Origin: an uncultured Desulfatibacillum sp.
GTDB taxonomy: Bacteria; Desulfobacterota; Desulfobacteria; Desulfobacterales; SpSt-501
DNA length: 64,000 bases
Reading direction: 5' to 3'
NCBI GenBank assembly: GCA_964573635.1
Contig: CAZNKG010000001.1
Coordinates: 195,672-259,671 of the forward strand
Shown here: positions 19,115 through 29,076 of the stretch, piece after piece
Layout of the letters: the number at the start of each line of letters is the position of its first letter
Position numbering within the stretch: position 1 is the stretch's first letter
Translations under genes and position numbers: made by a program
Notes under the pieces: model-generated
Database searches by the model: none
What the model was told of the DNA's origin: nothing
Seen by the model: the letters and a program-made list of their open reading frames with translations, nothing else

Positions 19115-20838
19115 GAATCGCCTCCCGCATGCCGCACCCACCAACCGAAACCGGAGGACCACCCTTGAAAAATCCGATCGCCACCCTGCGCTCCCTCGGC
19201 ACCGCGGCCGTGCTCTGCCTCCTCGCCGCGGCCGCCGCCCTCGCGCTGCCCGCCGCCGCCGCGGCGGCGGCGAAAACCGTCGCCATCGTGCCGTTCAAGA
19301 TCAACGCCGAAAAGGACATGGGCTACCTGCGCGACGGGGTCTACGACATGCTGAGCTCGCGCCTGCAGAAGGCGGGCGACGTCGAGGTGCTGAACCGCCA
19401 GGTGGTCGAGCGCGCGCTCACTCAGGCGGTGGCGACCGAGGCCGCGGCCCGCGACTTCGGCCGCAAGCTCGCGGCCGACTTCGTCCTCTTCGGCAGCATC
19501 ACCGCGCTCGGAAACAGCATCTCGATCGACTCCAAGATGGTGGACGTCGCCGGCGCGAAGCCGACGGTCGCCTTCTTCGACCAGAGCGAGGACGCCGGCG
19601 GGATCATCGGCAAGATCAACCTCATGGCGGCCGACATCAACGCGAAGATGTTCAGCCGCGAGCCGGCCGCGCGGGCGTCCGCGGCCCCGGCGGCCTCCGC
19701 CGCCGCCCCGGGAACCGACTCCGCCGCCCCGGCCGACGCCCGCATGCACCCCGAGAAGATGTTCAAGCAGCAGACCGGCGGCATGGGCGGAGCCGACTCC
19801 CCCTTCGTCTCCGAGGGGGGCGGCCGCGAGGTCTCCCCGCAGTTCTGGAAGAGCGCCGCCTTCAAGCTGCTCTTCAACGGAATCGCGGTCGGCGACATCG
19901 ACGGCGACGGCAAGAACGAAACGGTGATCCTCACCCCGCAGTCGGTGCTCCTCTTCCGCTTCGAGCAGGGGCGCTTCTACCAGTTCCAGGAGCTCGAGAC
20001 GAACCGCCAGTCCTACTACATCGGCGTCGACGTCGCCGACGTGAACGGCAACGGGGTCGCCGAGATCTTCGTGACGAGCCTCGCCATCACCCAGAAGGCG
20101 GTGAACTCCTTCGTCCTGGAGTTCGACGGCAAGCAGTACCGCAAGACCGTCCAGGACTTCCCCTGGTTCCTGCGGGTGAGCGATCTCGCCCGCGGCCCGG
20201 CCCTGCTCGGCCAGGCCCACCGCGCGGGCTCGCCCTACGGCGGCGCGGTCTACGAGATGCTCTGGCGAAACGGCCGGTACGAACCCGAGACCCTGATCCC
20301 GACCTCCGGGTCGCTCAACGTCCTCGGGCTCGCCCTCGGGGACCTCCTCGGAAACGGCCGGGAGACGGTCGCGGCCTTCGACAGCGCCGACTACATCCGC
20401 ATCTTCGACGAGGCCGGAAAGCAGGAGTGGAAGAGCGCCGAGCGCTACGGGGGGAACACCCTCTACTACGCCGGCGACATCCAGAGCCCCGGCGACATCG
20501 AGCGGCCCATCTTCTTCCCCATGCGCATGACGGCCCAGGGGCCCGGCCCGGACGGCAAGCCCCAGCTGCTCCTCGTCAAGAACCACGACGTCGCGGGCCT
20601 GCGGCTCGAGAAGTTCCGCCAGTTCACCGAGGCCCAGTTCATCTCGATGTTCTGGGACGGGATCGGGCTCGCCCCGGCCTGGAAGACCCGCAAGCTCACC
20701 GGCTACATCCGCGACTTCGCCTTCGCCGACTTCAACAACGACGGCAAGAAGGAGATCATCGCCGCCGTGATCCTGGACGAGGGCCGCGTCATCACGACGA
20801 CGCCGAAGAGCACCGTCATCGCGCTCGAAATGAAATAG
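19111..20838 (+). CDS. Secreted FG-GAP/VCBS-repeat protein
   Basis: Start overlaps the gatB stop (ATGA at 19111). Signal-like segment [23 protein letters not shown]. Repeats [25 protein letters not shown] and [11 protein letters not shown]. The first 494 codons of the 1069-aa ORF are a gatB frame shadow. Confidence 0.7.
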   Translation: MRIASRMPHPPTETGGPPLKNPIATLRSLGTAAVLCLLAAAAALALPAAAAAAAKTVAIVPFKINAEKDMGYLRDGVYDMLSSRLQKAGDVEVLNRQVVERALTQAVATEAAARDFGRKLAADFVLFGSITALGNSISIDSKMVDVAGAKPTVAFFDQSEDAGGIIGKINLMAADINAKMFSREPAARASAAPAASAAAPGTDSAAPADARMHPEKMFKQQTGGMGGADSPFVSEGGGREVSPQFWKSAAFKLLFNGIAVGDIDGDGKNETVILTPQSVLLFRFEQGRFYQFQELETNRQSYYIGVDVADVNGNGVAEIFVTSLAITQKAVNSFVLEFDGKQYRKTVQDFPWFLRVSDLARGPALLGQAHRAGSPYGGAVYEMLWRNGRYEPETLIPTSGSLNVLGLALGDLLGNGRETVAAFDSADYIRIFDEAGKQEWKSAERYGGNTLYYAGDIQSPGDIERPIFFPMRMTAQGPGPDGKPQLLLVKNHDVAGLRLEKFRQFTEAQFISMFWDGIGLAPAWKTRKLTGYIRDFAFADFNNDGKKEIIAAVILDEGRVITTTPKSTVIALEMK

Positions 20839-20851
20839 AAACGTTTTAGGC

Positions 20852-20881
20852 GTTGCACCCCGCCCGCGGGCGGGGTGCAAC
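20852..20881. terminator. Perfect 30-nt GC-rich palindrome between convergent genes (hairpin/terminator-like)
   Basis: gttgcaccccgcccgcgggcggggtgcaac equals its own reverse complement. It lies 14 nt after the stop at 20838 and 59 nt from the stop of the minus-strand EBP gene. Confidence 0.6.
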
Positions 20882-20939
20882 ACCGGCGGCTAGGTTTCGA
20901 TTCGCTTTTTCATCCTCGGGGGCAGAGGGCTTTCTGCTG

Positions 20940-22292
<1,353 letters not shown>

Positions 22293-22488
22293 GGCAGCCT
22301 GGCTTTTTATGGGCCATGCGTCTCCTCAGTTTCATGACCTGGGTGCAGAATGTTCCCTCTTTTCGCTTTAGTCAAGGAGCGGCTGCCGCTCCGACATGTC
22401 TGCATGTTTCTGCGAGCTGGGCGTTGATGGCGCCAATCGATTTGAATCTTTTGAAATGCATCATCGATGCGAATCGCCGCTGCGATAC

Positions 22489-22504
22489 GGGCATGGTTGT
22501 TGCT
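22489..22504 (+). promoter_or_regulatory. Candidate sigma-54 (-24/-12) promoter
   Basis: gGGCATGgttgTTGCT compared with consensus TGGCACG-N4-TTGCW: GG and GC are at the correct 12-nt register, with 2 mismatches. It sits 37-52 nt upstream of candidate starts 22541/22556. Confidence 0.5.
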
Positions 22505-22540
22505 GAAAACTCGTCGGGCCTATCGATCACACCGCTTTCG

Positions 22541-22993
22541 ATGAATCGGAGTGCCATGCCGACGCATCCCTGTATTTTCTGCTCGAAGTCTTATCAGCGT
22601 TTGTCCCCGTCCGAACCGGCGGGTGGACTTCTCGCCGCCGCCCCTGCACCGGAGCCGCTGCGCACGGCCGTGCCCACCTTCAATGGGAGAGTCTCTCCGG
22701 TTCTGGATACCTGCAAAAATTTGTGCGTGCTGGAAGCGGGTGGAAAACAGGGTGTGGCCAAACGTACGATCCCCATGAAAGCCGGATCGATTTACGAACG
22801 CGCCGGCGAAATTAAAAAGCTCGGCATCCGGGTGGTTATCTGCGGTGCGGTGAGCGAAGCGTTCTACAATCTTCTTAGGGAAGCCGGTATAGATTTGGTC
22901 TGCGGAATTACCGGTGACATCGATGAGGTGGTTGCCGCGCACCGCAACGGGACCCTGAACCACCCTCGGTTCCGGATGCCGGGTTCCGAATAG
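22541..22993 (+). CDS. NifX/NifB-C-terminal-like (FeMo-cofactor-binding-fold family) protein
   Basis: C-terminal 100 aa (FNGRVSPVLDTCKNLCVLE...IKKLGIRVVICGAVSEAFYNLLREAGIDLVCGITGDIDEVVAAHRNGTL) fits the dinitrogenase FeMo-cofactor biosynthesis/NifX-like fold pattern. Start is 22541, or 22556 (GGAG RBS). The 22316 start of the ORF track overlaps the promoter region. Confidence 0.6.
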   Translation: MNRSAMPTHPCIFCSKSYQRLSPSEPAGGLLAAAPAPEPLRTAVPTFNGRVSPVLDTCKNLCVLEAGGKQGVAKRTIPMKAGSIYERAGEIKKLGIRVVICGAVSEAFYNLLREAGIDLVCGITGDIDEVVAAHRNGTLNHPRFRMPGSE

Positions 22994-23153
22994 CCGCTTT
23001 TCGACCATTTCGCTCCTGCCGCTCAAAACCAATCTTCAGATCGAACAAAAGGAACAATTCGCACCATCTCTGTCTTTTCAACGGATGCTGTTTGTTCCCA
23101 TTCCAATTCTCCGACCGGGCACTTATCGGCGGCTTCTAAATAATTTAAAACCA

Positions 23154-23166
23154 TTTCAATATATTA
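23154..23166 (+). promoter_or_regulatory. IHF-like site in AT-rich tract upstream of the sigma-54 promoter
   Basis: tTTCAAtataTTA compared with WATCAANNNNTTR (1 mismatch). It is centred about 60 nt upstream of the predicted start site, within the AT-rich 23139-23170 tract. Confidence 0.3.
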
Positions 23167-23193
23167 AATCGACAGAACTTCAAGCCAAGCGGC

Positions 23194-23209
23194 TGGCACC
23201 ACAGTTGCT
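23194..23209 (+). promoter_or_regulatory. Sigma-54 (-24/-12) promoter, perfect core match
   Basis: cTGGCACcacagTTGCTg: TGGCAC-N5-TTGC exactly as in the consensus. It lies divergent from, and about 900 bp from the start of, a sigma-54 EBP gene. Confidence 0.75.
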
Positions 23210-23225
23210 GTGCGGTGATCATCAA

Positions 23226-23570
23226 ATGTCAAAAAAGGAAAACCCGGCTGCGCTCACGGTCAACCCCTCCCGCGGAATCGCCGCGATGCTTTCACGAAAA
23301 GAATTTTTCAGGGATTTGCTCTTGATAGGAATCCGCGCGGTGAACGACTTGGCCGCCGAAGTTGAATGCGCCTCAGCGGAGCCTGTCGCTGAGCGGCCCG
23401 GGTTCGATTTGCCGGCGACCGAGCTAAGCCCTTCACTGCTGGCGATCGAGGCGGAGCTGCGGGGGATAGATCTGCCGGCCGGCAATTCGAAGGAACTGCA
23501 GCAGGAGATTTACCAGAAGATGGCCCAACATCCTCAGAATCACCAAGGCCTGGTAACGAAAGGAGGCTGA
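23226..23570 (+). CDS. Hypothetical 114-aa protein (first gene after the sigma-54 promoter)
   Basis: ATG at 23226 lies only about 5-7 nt from the predicted start site (near-leaderless) and has no RBS. Contains an SRKEFF motif. Stops 1 nt before the next gene. Upstream codons of ORF 23085..23570 cover the promoter. Confidence 0.45.
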   Translation: MSKKENPAALTVNPSRGIAAMLSRKEFFRDLLLIGIRAVNDLAAEVECASAEPVAERPGFDLPATELSPSLLAIEAELRGIDLPAGNSKELQQEIYQKMAQHPQNHQGLVTKGG

Positions 23571-23571
23571 A

Positions 23572-24984
23572 ATGGAGCGTTACGGTATGGGTTATCTGGA
23601 GGAACGCAAACTGATCAAGCGTTGGCCGCAGCCGATACCGGCGCTCGTGGCCCTGGTGCTGACACTGGCCGTGTTTTACGCCACGTGGTGGATTTTTCAG
23701 GACCCCCGCGGCTGGATGCGCATGTACACCCCCTACGTCGGCTACATGTACACCCGCTGGTGGCTGATCATGTTGATCTGGATGGTTTACATCTTCAATT
23801 ACTGGCCATTTAAACGCAAGTGGCTGGAGAACACCCACCCGGTCGTCAAGGGCGCCGTGTTGACGGTGATCTCGGTGGTGATCCTTTGGGTGCTCATCAA
23901 GGGGTTTTTCGAATCTCTGTTGGGCAACTATGGAATCGCCTATTTCAATCCCGAAAAGCTGATGAAACTGCCGCGGATGACCGAGTTCTTCGCACTCGAA
24001 TACGCGTCTCTCGCCTGCCTGATGTTCGCGGCGATTGCCTCCTGGCTGAGCCCGGCCTGGGTGGTGGCCTGCGAGGAGGTGCCCTGGCAGAACATGCACC
24101 AGCCCGGCAAGGGCATCAGCATCCTGGTGGCCACCTTCTTTCTGAGCACCCTGATCTTCTTCATGACGATGCACTCCCACATGGGAATTCTCTACTACCC
24201 CTGGCAGTATTTCACTTCCATAGCACCACCGTACTGGGAAAAGTTTGCGAACACGGTCTCGGGCAACTTCCACGTGGCCTGGATCATGTGCTGCACGGTG
24301 ACGGTCTGGATCGTGGAAACCATCTGGGAGCGCTTCCCGTTCAAACTGATCCGTACCAACTGGCTGCGCCGCGTGGTGGCTTTTTTCGGCATCATCGCCA
24401 TCGCCTGGGCCATGCATTTCTTCCTGTATTTCGCCCAGGAGCTGACCTGGGGTCCGGCCATTCGCGGCACCCGGCTGATCAACGCGCCCGATTGGCGCTG
24501 GCTGCACGTGGGCGAGATGGCGGTGTTCTTCCTGGTTCCGGCGATGTTCATCACCTTCTACTGTGGCAACTGGCCCCAGCGCTTCAGCCTGCCGGTCAAC
24601 GTCTTTATCCGTACGCTGATTACCATCGCGGCTGCCGTTCTGCTCTACATTTTCTACTACAAGACTTCACACGACTATCTGGGGACCCAGAAGGGCTTCA
24701 TGCACGAGCAGCAGTTCCCCATGATCCCGACCATCTGGCTGATCAACATCTGGCTGGTGCACCACTGGTTCATGGACAACTGGCCGGCCTGGAAGATGGC
24801 GCCCAAGACCGCCGAGGAGATCGCCGCCGACCATGCCGCCGAGCAGGCCAAACTGGCGGAGGTGCGCTGGAACCCGGCGCTGGGCTGGGGATTGGGGGCC
24901 GGTGCGGTATGCGGGGTGGCGATCTACTTCATCACCTTGAGCGTGCTGCCCTGGGCGTATCAGAACATCACCGTTATCAAGTAA
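23572..24984 (+). CDS. Uncharacterised polytopic membrane protein (470 aa, Trp/His/Tyr-rich)
   Basis: AAGGAGG RBS. About 10-12 hydrophobic segments by eye. Aromatic-rich loops (YWPFKRKW, HSHMGILYYPWQYF, WLVHHWFMDNWPAWK). No family recognised. Confidence 0.85.
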   Translation: MERYGMGYLEERKLIKRWPQPIPALVALVLTLAVFYATWWIFQDPRGWMRMYTPYVGYMYTRWWLIMLIWMVYIFNYWPFKRKWLENTHPVVKGAVLTVISVVILWVLIKGFFESLLGNYGIAYFNPEKLMKLPRMTEFFALEYASLACLMFAAIASWLSPAWVVACEEVPWQNMHQPGKGISILVATFFLSTLIFFMTMHSHMGILYYPWQYFTSIAPPYWEKFANTVSGNFHVAWIMCCTVTVWIVETIWERFPFKLIRTNWLRRVVAFFGIIAIAWAMHFFLYFAQELTWGPAIRGTRLINAPDWRWLHVGEMAVFFLVPAMFITFYCGNWPQRFSLPVNVFIRTLITIAAAVLLYIFYYKTSHDYLGTQKGFMHEQQFPMIPTIWLINIWLVHHWFMDNWPAWKMAPKTAEEIAADHAAEQAKLAEVRWNPALGWGLGAGAVCGVAIYFITLSVLPWAYQNITVIK

Positions 24985-25002
24985 GCAAGACAAGGAGGGA
25001 CC

Positions 25003-26178
25003 ATGTCTGACGATAAAGGCGCGATCAGCCGCCGGAGCTTCTTCAAAGGGGCGGCCATGGGGGTGTTGGGAGGCACGGCGCTGGGGATGGGACTTTTCTC
25101 CTATTCCCCCTGGCGCAAGTCCTATTTTCCGGAAGTGAAACGCAAGCTGGCCGACATCGGTGTTTGCAAGTCGGTCAAAGTCACCAACATTTCCGAAACG
25201 AGCTGGTTTGAAAACGCGGTGCTGATGAAAGACATCAAGGAGGCGGGAGGCCTGCTGGTGAACCAGTACAGCTACAACTGGCCGCCCTTCGGCGACGGCA
25301 CCGGCCTCGGCAAGGGCAGCTACGAGAAGGGCATCGCCAAGATCAAGCATCTGTTGCCGAATAATCTGGAGGAGGCTTGGGCGATCACGGAAAAGCTATC
25401 GGTCAGCCCCGAGAACGCGGGCGGGTTCGCCGCTCTGGTCGAGATTGAGGAAATGAACGGCCGCAAGCGCAAGTTCCTGCTCGACAGCGGCTGGTCCTAC
25501 AAGTGGATGGACGAGAGCTTCAAGCGCGAGGGCGTCGACCAGATGCTGAAAAACAACGAGATCGAGGCCCTCATCATTTCGCACGAGCACTTCGACCATT
25601 TCTGGGGCGTTCCGGTAGTGTACAAGTACGATCCCAACATCACGACCTACTACCCCGAAGGCTTCTACCCTGAGGGCCTTCAATACCTTCAGGATGCCGG
25701 GCACAAGGGCAAACAGATCAAGGTCAAACCCGGGGTCACTCCGATCATCCCCGGCCTGGCAACATATGTTTTCCCGGTTCCCATCATTTGTCGAGTCTAC
25801 GGGGAGCAAGCCATTTACGTCAACGTCAAAGACATCGGGTTGGTTAGTATCACGGGCTGCTGCCACTTCGGGATCATCCAATTCTCCGAGGCCGCCTTCC
25901 GAGAGATCAAATACGAGAAAGACCAACTCTACGGCATTTACGGCGGCCTGCACATCTCGCCCTTCGAGGACTGGGACCCCAAGTACGACGACCTGGTTCT
26001 ATCTCTGGGCAAATACGGCTTCAAGAAAATTGGCTGCAACCACTGCACCGGGATTCTGTGCGCCAAGAAGTTCATCGAGGCCGGCTACCCGGTCATCAAG
26101 GGTTCGGCGAAGAACCGTTCCAAGGACCCGGCCTATCTGGGTAATGGAGACCGGATCGGCTACGGGATCGAGATTTGA
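25003..26178 (+). CDS. Tat-exported metallo-beta-lactamase-fold protein (COG1237-like subgroup)
   Basis: Twin-arginine signal SRRSFFKGAAMGVLGGTALG. MBL metal motif ISHEHFDHFWG. Cys motifs ITGCCHFGII and GCNHCTG. AAGGAGG RBS. Confidence 0.85.
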   Translation: MSDDKGAISRRSFFKGAAMGVLGGTALGMGLFSYSPWRKSYFPEVKRKLADIGVCKSVKVTNISETSWFENAVLMKDIKEAGGLLVNQYSYNWPPFGDGTGLGKGSYEKGIAKIKHLLPNNLEEAWAITEKLSVSPENAGGFAALVEIEEMNGRKRKFLLDSGWSYKWMDESFKREGVDQMLKNNEIEALIISHEHFDHFWGVPVVYKYDPNITTYYPEGFYPEGLQYLQDAGHKGKQIKVKPGVTPIIPGLATYVFPVPIICRVYGEQAIYVNVKDIGLVSITGCCHFGIIQFSEAAFREIKYEKDQLYGIYGGLHISPFEDWDPKYDDLVLSLGKYGFKKIGCNHCTGILCAKKFIEAGYPVIKGSAKNRSKDPAYLGNGDRIGYGIEI

Positions 26179-26239
26179 GCATTCAATGCCCCGTGCGGCG
26201 GGGGGGCATCCTCCCGCCGCAACTGCGTGAGAGGAGAAA

Positions 26240-26644
26240 ATGACGATGCGAAAATTAATTGCCGGAAATTGCAAATACCTGCTCCTGGCGGTGTGGCTGA
26301 CCGGCACGGTGGGATTTTTAGGCCTCAAGCTCATTCCAGAAATGAAGGAGGTGGTCGACAGCTTTACGGATAAAACCAAACTGGCAGAGGTGCTCAAGAA
26401 ATACGATGAGCCCGGAGTGGTGCCCCAAGAGCTGACGGTGTGCGACATGGCCAAACCGGTCGTTGCCAAGGCGGAGGAAAAAGACGGCATCACCTACTAT
26501 ACCGTGGAGTCCCGGGTGGAAAAGTGCGATCAGCATTCCGAAACGGCGGTGGGCACGGTGCGCATCTTCGCCATGGGGTGGAAGGGCGGCAAGATCGTCA
26601 AGTTCGCCTGGGGGGGCCCTAAAGGAGGCAAGGTCGAATATTGA
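26240..26644 (+). CDS. Small N-terminally anchored hypothetical protein (134 aa)
   Basis: GGAGA RBS. Single N-terminal helix (YLLLAVWLTGTVGFLGL) followed by a soluble domain. No family recognised. Confidence 0.6.
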   Translation: MTMRKLIAGNCKYLLLAVWLTGTVGFLGLKLIPEMKEVVDSFTDKTKLAEVLKKYDEPGVVPQELTVCDMAKPVVAKAEEKDGITYYTVESRVEKCDQHSETAVGTVRIFAMGWKGGKIVKFAWGGPKGGKVEY

Positions 26645-26811
26645 GAACCCCGCATCGCCGCCTCAAGCGAAAATCAGAACGATGGGTCGCCTGGATAGCC
26701 GGCAGGCGATGAAGAGCTGGCGGGGTCGCCTTGCCGGATGCGAGCGGGGCGGTTTGCGGCGGAAAAAGGGAGGGGGGGTGAGCGTATGCGCAGATCTAAA
26801 TACCAGGGAGA

Positions 26812-27093
26812 ATGTTCGAGCTGGACGCCGACGGGTTCCGGCTGAACCCGGCGGAATGGGACCGCGATCCGGCCGAAGGCCTTGCCAGCGCATGCGAAGT
26901 TCCGTCCGGGCCGGCCGAAGAGCACGGGGACGGGTTTCGTTTCATCCGGCGCTGTTAAGAAGCCCACGGCAAGTGCCCCACCGTCGTGGAGGCGTGCGAA
27001 GCGAATTCCATCGAAATCGACGAACTTGAAGCGCTGTTTTCGAACGGCTGCCACCGGGGGGTCGTAACAATCGCCGGTTTGCGGCTGAGTTGA
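26812..27093 (+). pseudogene. DsrC/TusE-family ORF interrupted by an in-frame TAA (26956-26958)
   Basis: Manual translation gives MFELDADGFRLNPAEWDRDPAEGLASACEV...HGDGFRFIRRC*EAHGKCPTVVEAC...LEALFSNGCHRGVVTIAGLRLS. This aligns to DsrC/TusE features (F.VDEDGFL, DW..EVAE.LA, HWEVI.FLR.YY.E....P, LY.LFP.GP......AGLPKPTGCV). The stop sits where a conserved Tyr is expected, and the C-terminal Cys arm is absent. Both halves fall below the ORF-track length cut-off. Confidence 0.6.
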
Positions 27094-27109
27094 CAAGGTC
27101 CTCGCAGCG

Positions 27110-28987
27110 ATGGCGTCGGACGTGAATTTTAGCTCATTTTTCAAGGGCGACCTGGATCAGGATCCGGCCGCTGCGCTCCAGGCCGTCATGCGGTCGGTCC
27201 TGATCCGCACCCAGTTTCTGCCTGCCGTCCGCCATGTCATCGGTTGGCGCGGCCTGAAGCAGTCCGCGGCCGGGGTGGAAGGTTGGACGGCGAAGATCAA
27301 GGGCTATTCCGGAGTGTTCGGCCTGTTTTTCATGGGGCTCGAACCGCTGCCGGAGTGGATCACGGGCCTCTTCGGCCTGTGCTATTTTCCCGATCCGGCC
27401 GAGGCCCTCGTCGAACGGTATTCCCTGCGCGCGGCGGCCTTCACCCAGAGTGCCGATTACTGGCCCGGCGTCCGCGATTTTCTGCAGCACCCCGACATGT
27501 GCGCGCTTTTCGGAATCGGGAACGTCCTGCTCTCCGTCCGGCCCGACCAGCGCGGGCTGGCGCTGGCGATGCAAAGCGTATCCTCCCAACGCACGCTGGC
27601 CCGCGAAGGCGTGCGCATGCTGCGGGACGGACAGATGGTGGAGCTGGTCGCACCCGGCGGTTGCGACCAGGATCTGCCTGCCTTCGAGACCGCCCTCGGC
27701 TTTTTCGATGTGCTGGCCGCCTCCGTGACATTCAATCTCGAGCAGGCTCCCGCCTGCCTAATCGAACGCAGATACCCGGCGACCCAAGCGGTGTACGACG
27801 GGTCAGGTGCGGTGTCCACTCGGGAGGCGCCGGACCTCTGGAGCGGACTCGTAGCGCTGGGCTACGGAGCGGGGGACTTCGAAGCGCTCTGTTCAGCGAT
27901 CGCGCCAGCGGAGCGCGCGCCGCTGTCGGCGCGAACCGCCGCCGGGCCGGACAGCGCTCCCGGGAGCCACCAGGACAGGCTCTGGTGGCGCGCCCACCAG
28001 CTCCGGGACTTTAAGAGCGTCGACAAGAGAATTTTGGGCGTGGACGACCGCCCGCCGCTCATCATCCTGACGGGTTTTCTCGGTGCCGGCAAAACGAGCT
28101 TTCTGCAGCACTTCATCGAGCACCAGACCCAGCGCAGCCGCTTCGTCGCGGTGATCCAGAACGAGATCGGCGAGATCGGCCTCGACGGCAAGCTGCTGGA
28201 CTACCAGGTCACGGAGATCGACGAGGGCTGCGTGTGCTGCAGCCTGGTCGGCAACCTCAAGCGCGCCGTCCACGGCATCCTGGAAAGCTTTTCGCCGGAT
28301 TATGTCATCCTGGAAACGTCCGGACTGGCGAATCCGTTGAATCTGCTCGATGAGATGGGCGATTTAGAGGACACCGTTCGATTCGACTGCACGGTTACCG
28401 TCGTGGACGCCCTGAATTTTGATGAAGCCCTGGCGGACTACCGGATTGCGCTCGACCAGATCCAAGCGGCCGATGTCTTGGTTTTGAACAAGTGCGATTT
28501 GATCGACGGCTCGCGTCTGCGCTTTCTTCGGCAGCAGCTGAACGGCCTGAAGCCGAATGTACCCGTCATTGAGGCCACCCAGGGGGATGTCCATCCGGCA
28601 TTGATCCTGGGCGGAGAGGAAAACGCCACTGGCATCGGTGAATGTCAGGCGGCGCCACCCACCGGGCCAACGGCAGGCCCAACACGCCGGACCCATCGAC
28701 CAGACGGTCTTTGGTCGCGAAGCCTGAGGTTCACGCGGAAGCTCGACCGCGGAAGGTTCTTGAGGGCGGCCGAATCGCTTCCGCGCTCCATCTTTCGCGC
28801 CAAAGGCATCATTGAAATTGCGGAGCCGCCGCAAACGATGCTCTTCCAGTATGTGGCCGGCCGCTACGAGCTTTCCGCTTTGCCGCATACCCCGACCGCC
28901 GATCGTTTCCTGACCCTCATCGGAAAATCCGACGACGCCGTCGGCTTCGACCGGGCAGAGCAGTTGCTGCGGGCCGCCGAAACCTGA
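27110..28987 (+). CDS. COG0523/CobW-type G3E GTPase metallochaperone with ~315-aa N-terminal extension
   Basis: P-loop GFLGAGKTS at about aa 322. Metal motif EGCVCCS. Switch region LETSGLANP, NKCDL, and a CobW_C-like end (FRAKGIIEIAEPPQTMLFQYVAGRYEL). No family recognised for the first ~315 aa. Confidence 0.85.
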   Translation: MASDVNFSSFFKGDLDQDPAAALQAVMRSVLIRTQFLPAVRHVIGWRGLKQSAAGVEGWTAKIKGYSGVFGLFFMGLEPLPEWITGLFGLCYFPDPAEALVERYSLRAAAFTQSADYWPGVRDFLQHPDMCALFGIGNVLLSVRPDQRGLALAMQSVSSQRTLAREGVRMLRDGQMVELVAPGGCDQDLPAFETALGFFDVLAASVTFNLEQAPACLIERRYPATQAVYDGSGAVSTREAPDLWSGLVALGYGAGDFEALCSAIAPAERAPLSARTAAGPDSAPGSHQDRLWWRAHQLRDFKSVDKRILGVDDRPPLIILTGFLGAGKTSFLQHFIEHQTQRSRFVAVIQNEIGEIGLDGKLLDYQVTEIDEGCVCCSLVGNLKRAVHGILESFSPDYVILETSGLANPLNLLDEMGDLEDTVRFDCTVTVVDALNFDEALADYRIALDQIQAADVLVLNKCDLIDGSRLRFLRQQLNGLKPNVPVIEATQGDVHPALILGGEENATGIGECQAAPPTGPTAGPTRRTHRPDGLWSRSLRFTRKLDRGRFLRAAESLPRSIFRAKGIIEIAEPPQTMLFQYVAGRYELSALPHTPTADRFLTLIGKSDDAVGFDRAEQLLRAAET

Positions 28988-29076
28988 ACCATCCCGCCCG
29001 CCGCCGGCCGGCCGCGCGCAAAGACGACAGCCGGGGACCGGGCTGCGGCCGGCGCTGGCGTCAAGGGGGCTGACGA

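Noticed and set aside
17629-20838. Single 1069-aa plus-strand ORF
   Set aside because: The first 494 codons run out of frame over gatB and are Arg/Pro-rich. The genuine FG-GAP protein starts at 19111.
22316-22540. 225-aa version of the NifX-like gene starting at 22316
   Set aside because: The first ~75 codons cover the divergent regulatory region, including the sigma-54-type promoter at 22489, and show no homology-like features. A downstream ATG (22541 or 22556, the latter with GGAG) is more plausible.
26956-26958. In-frame stop in the DsrC/TusE-like ORF as a recoded codon (selenocysteine or pyrrolysine)
   Set aside because: The codon is TAA. Sec uses TGA and Pyl uses TAG. Surrounding conserved residues are also degraded, so pseudogenisation (or a base-call error) is the simpler explanation.
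26674-27144. 156-aa minus-strand ORF and 188-aa plus-strand ORF (26463..27029) in the gap after the 134-aa gene
   Set aside because: No RBS or motifs. They overlap the frame that gives a full-length DsrC/TusE-like alignment, so they are shadows of that remnant.
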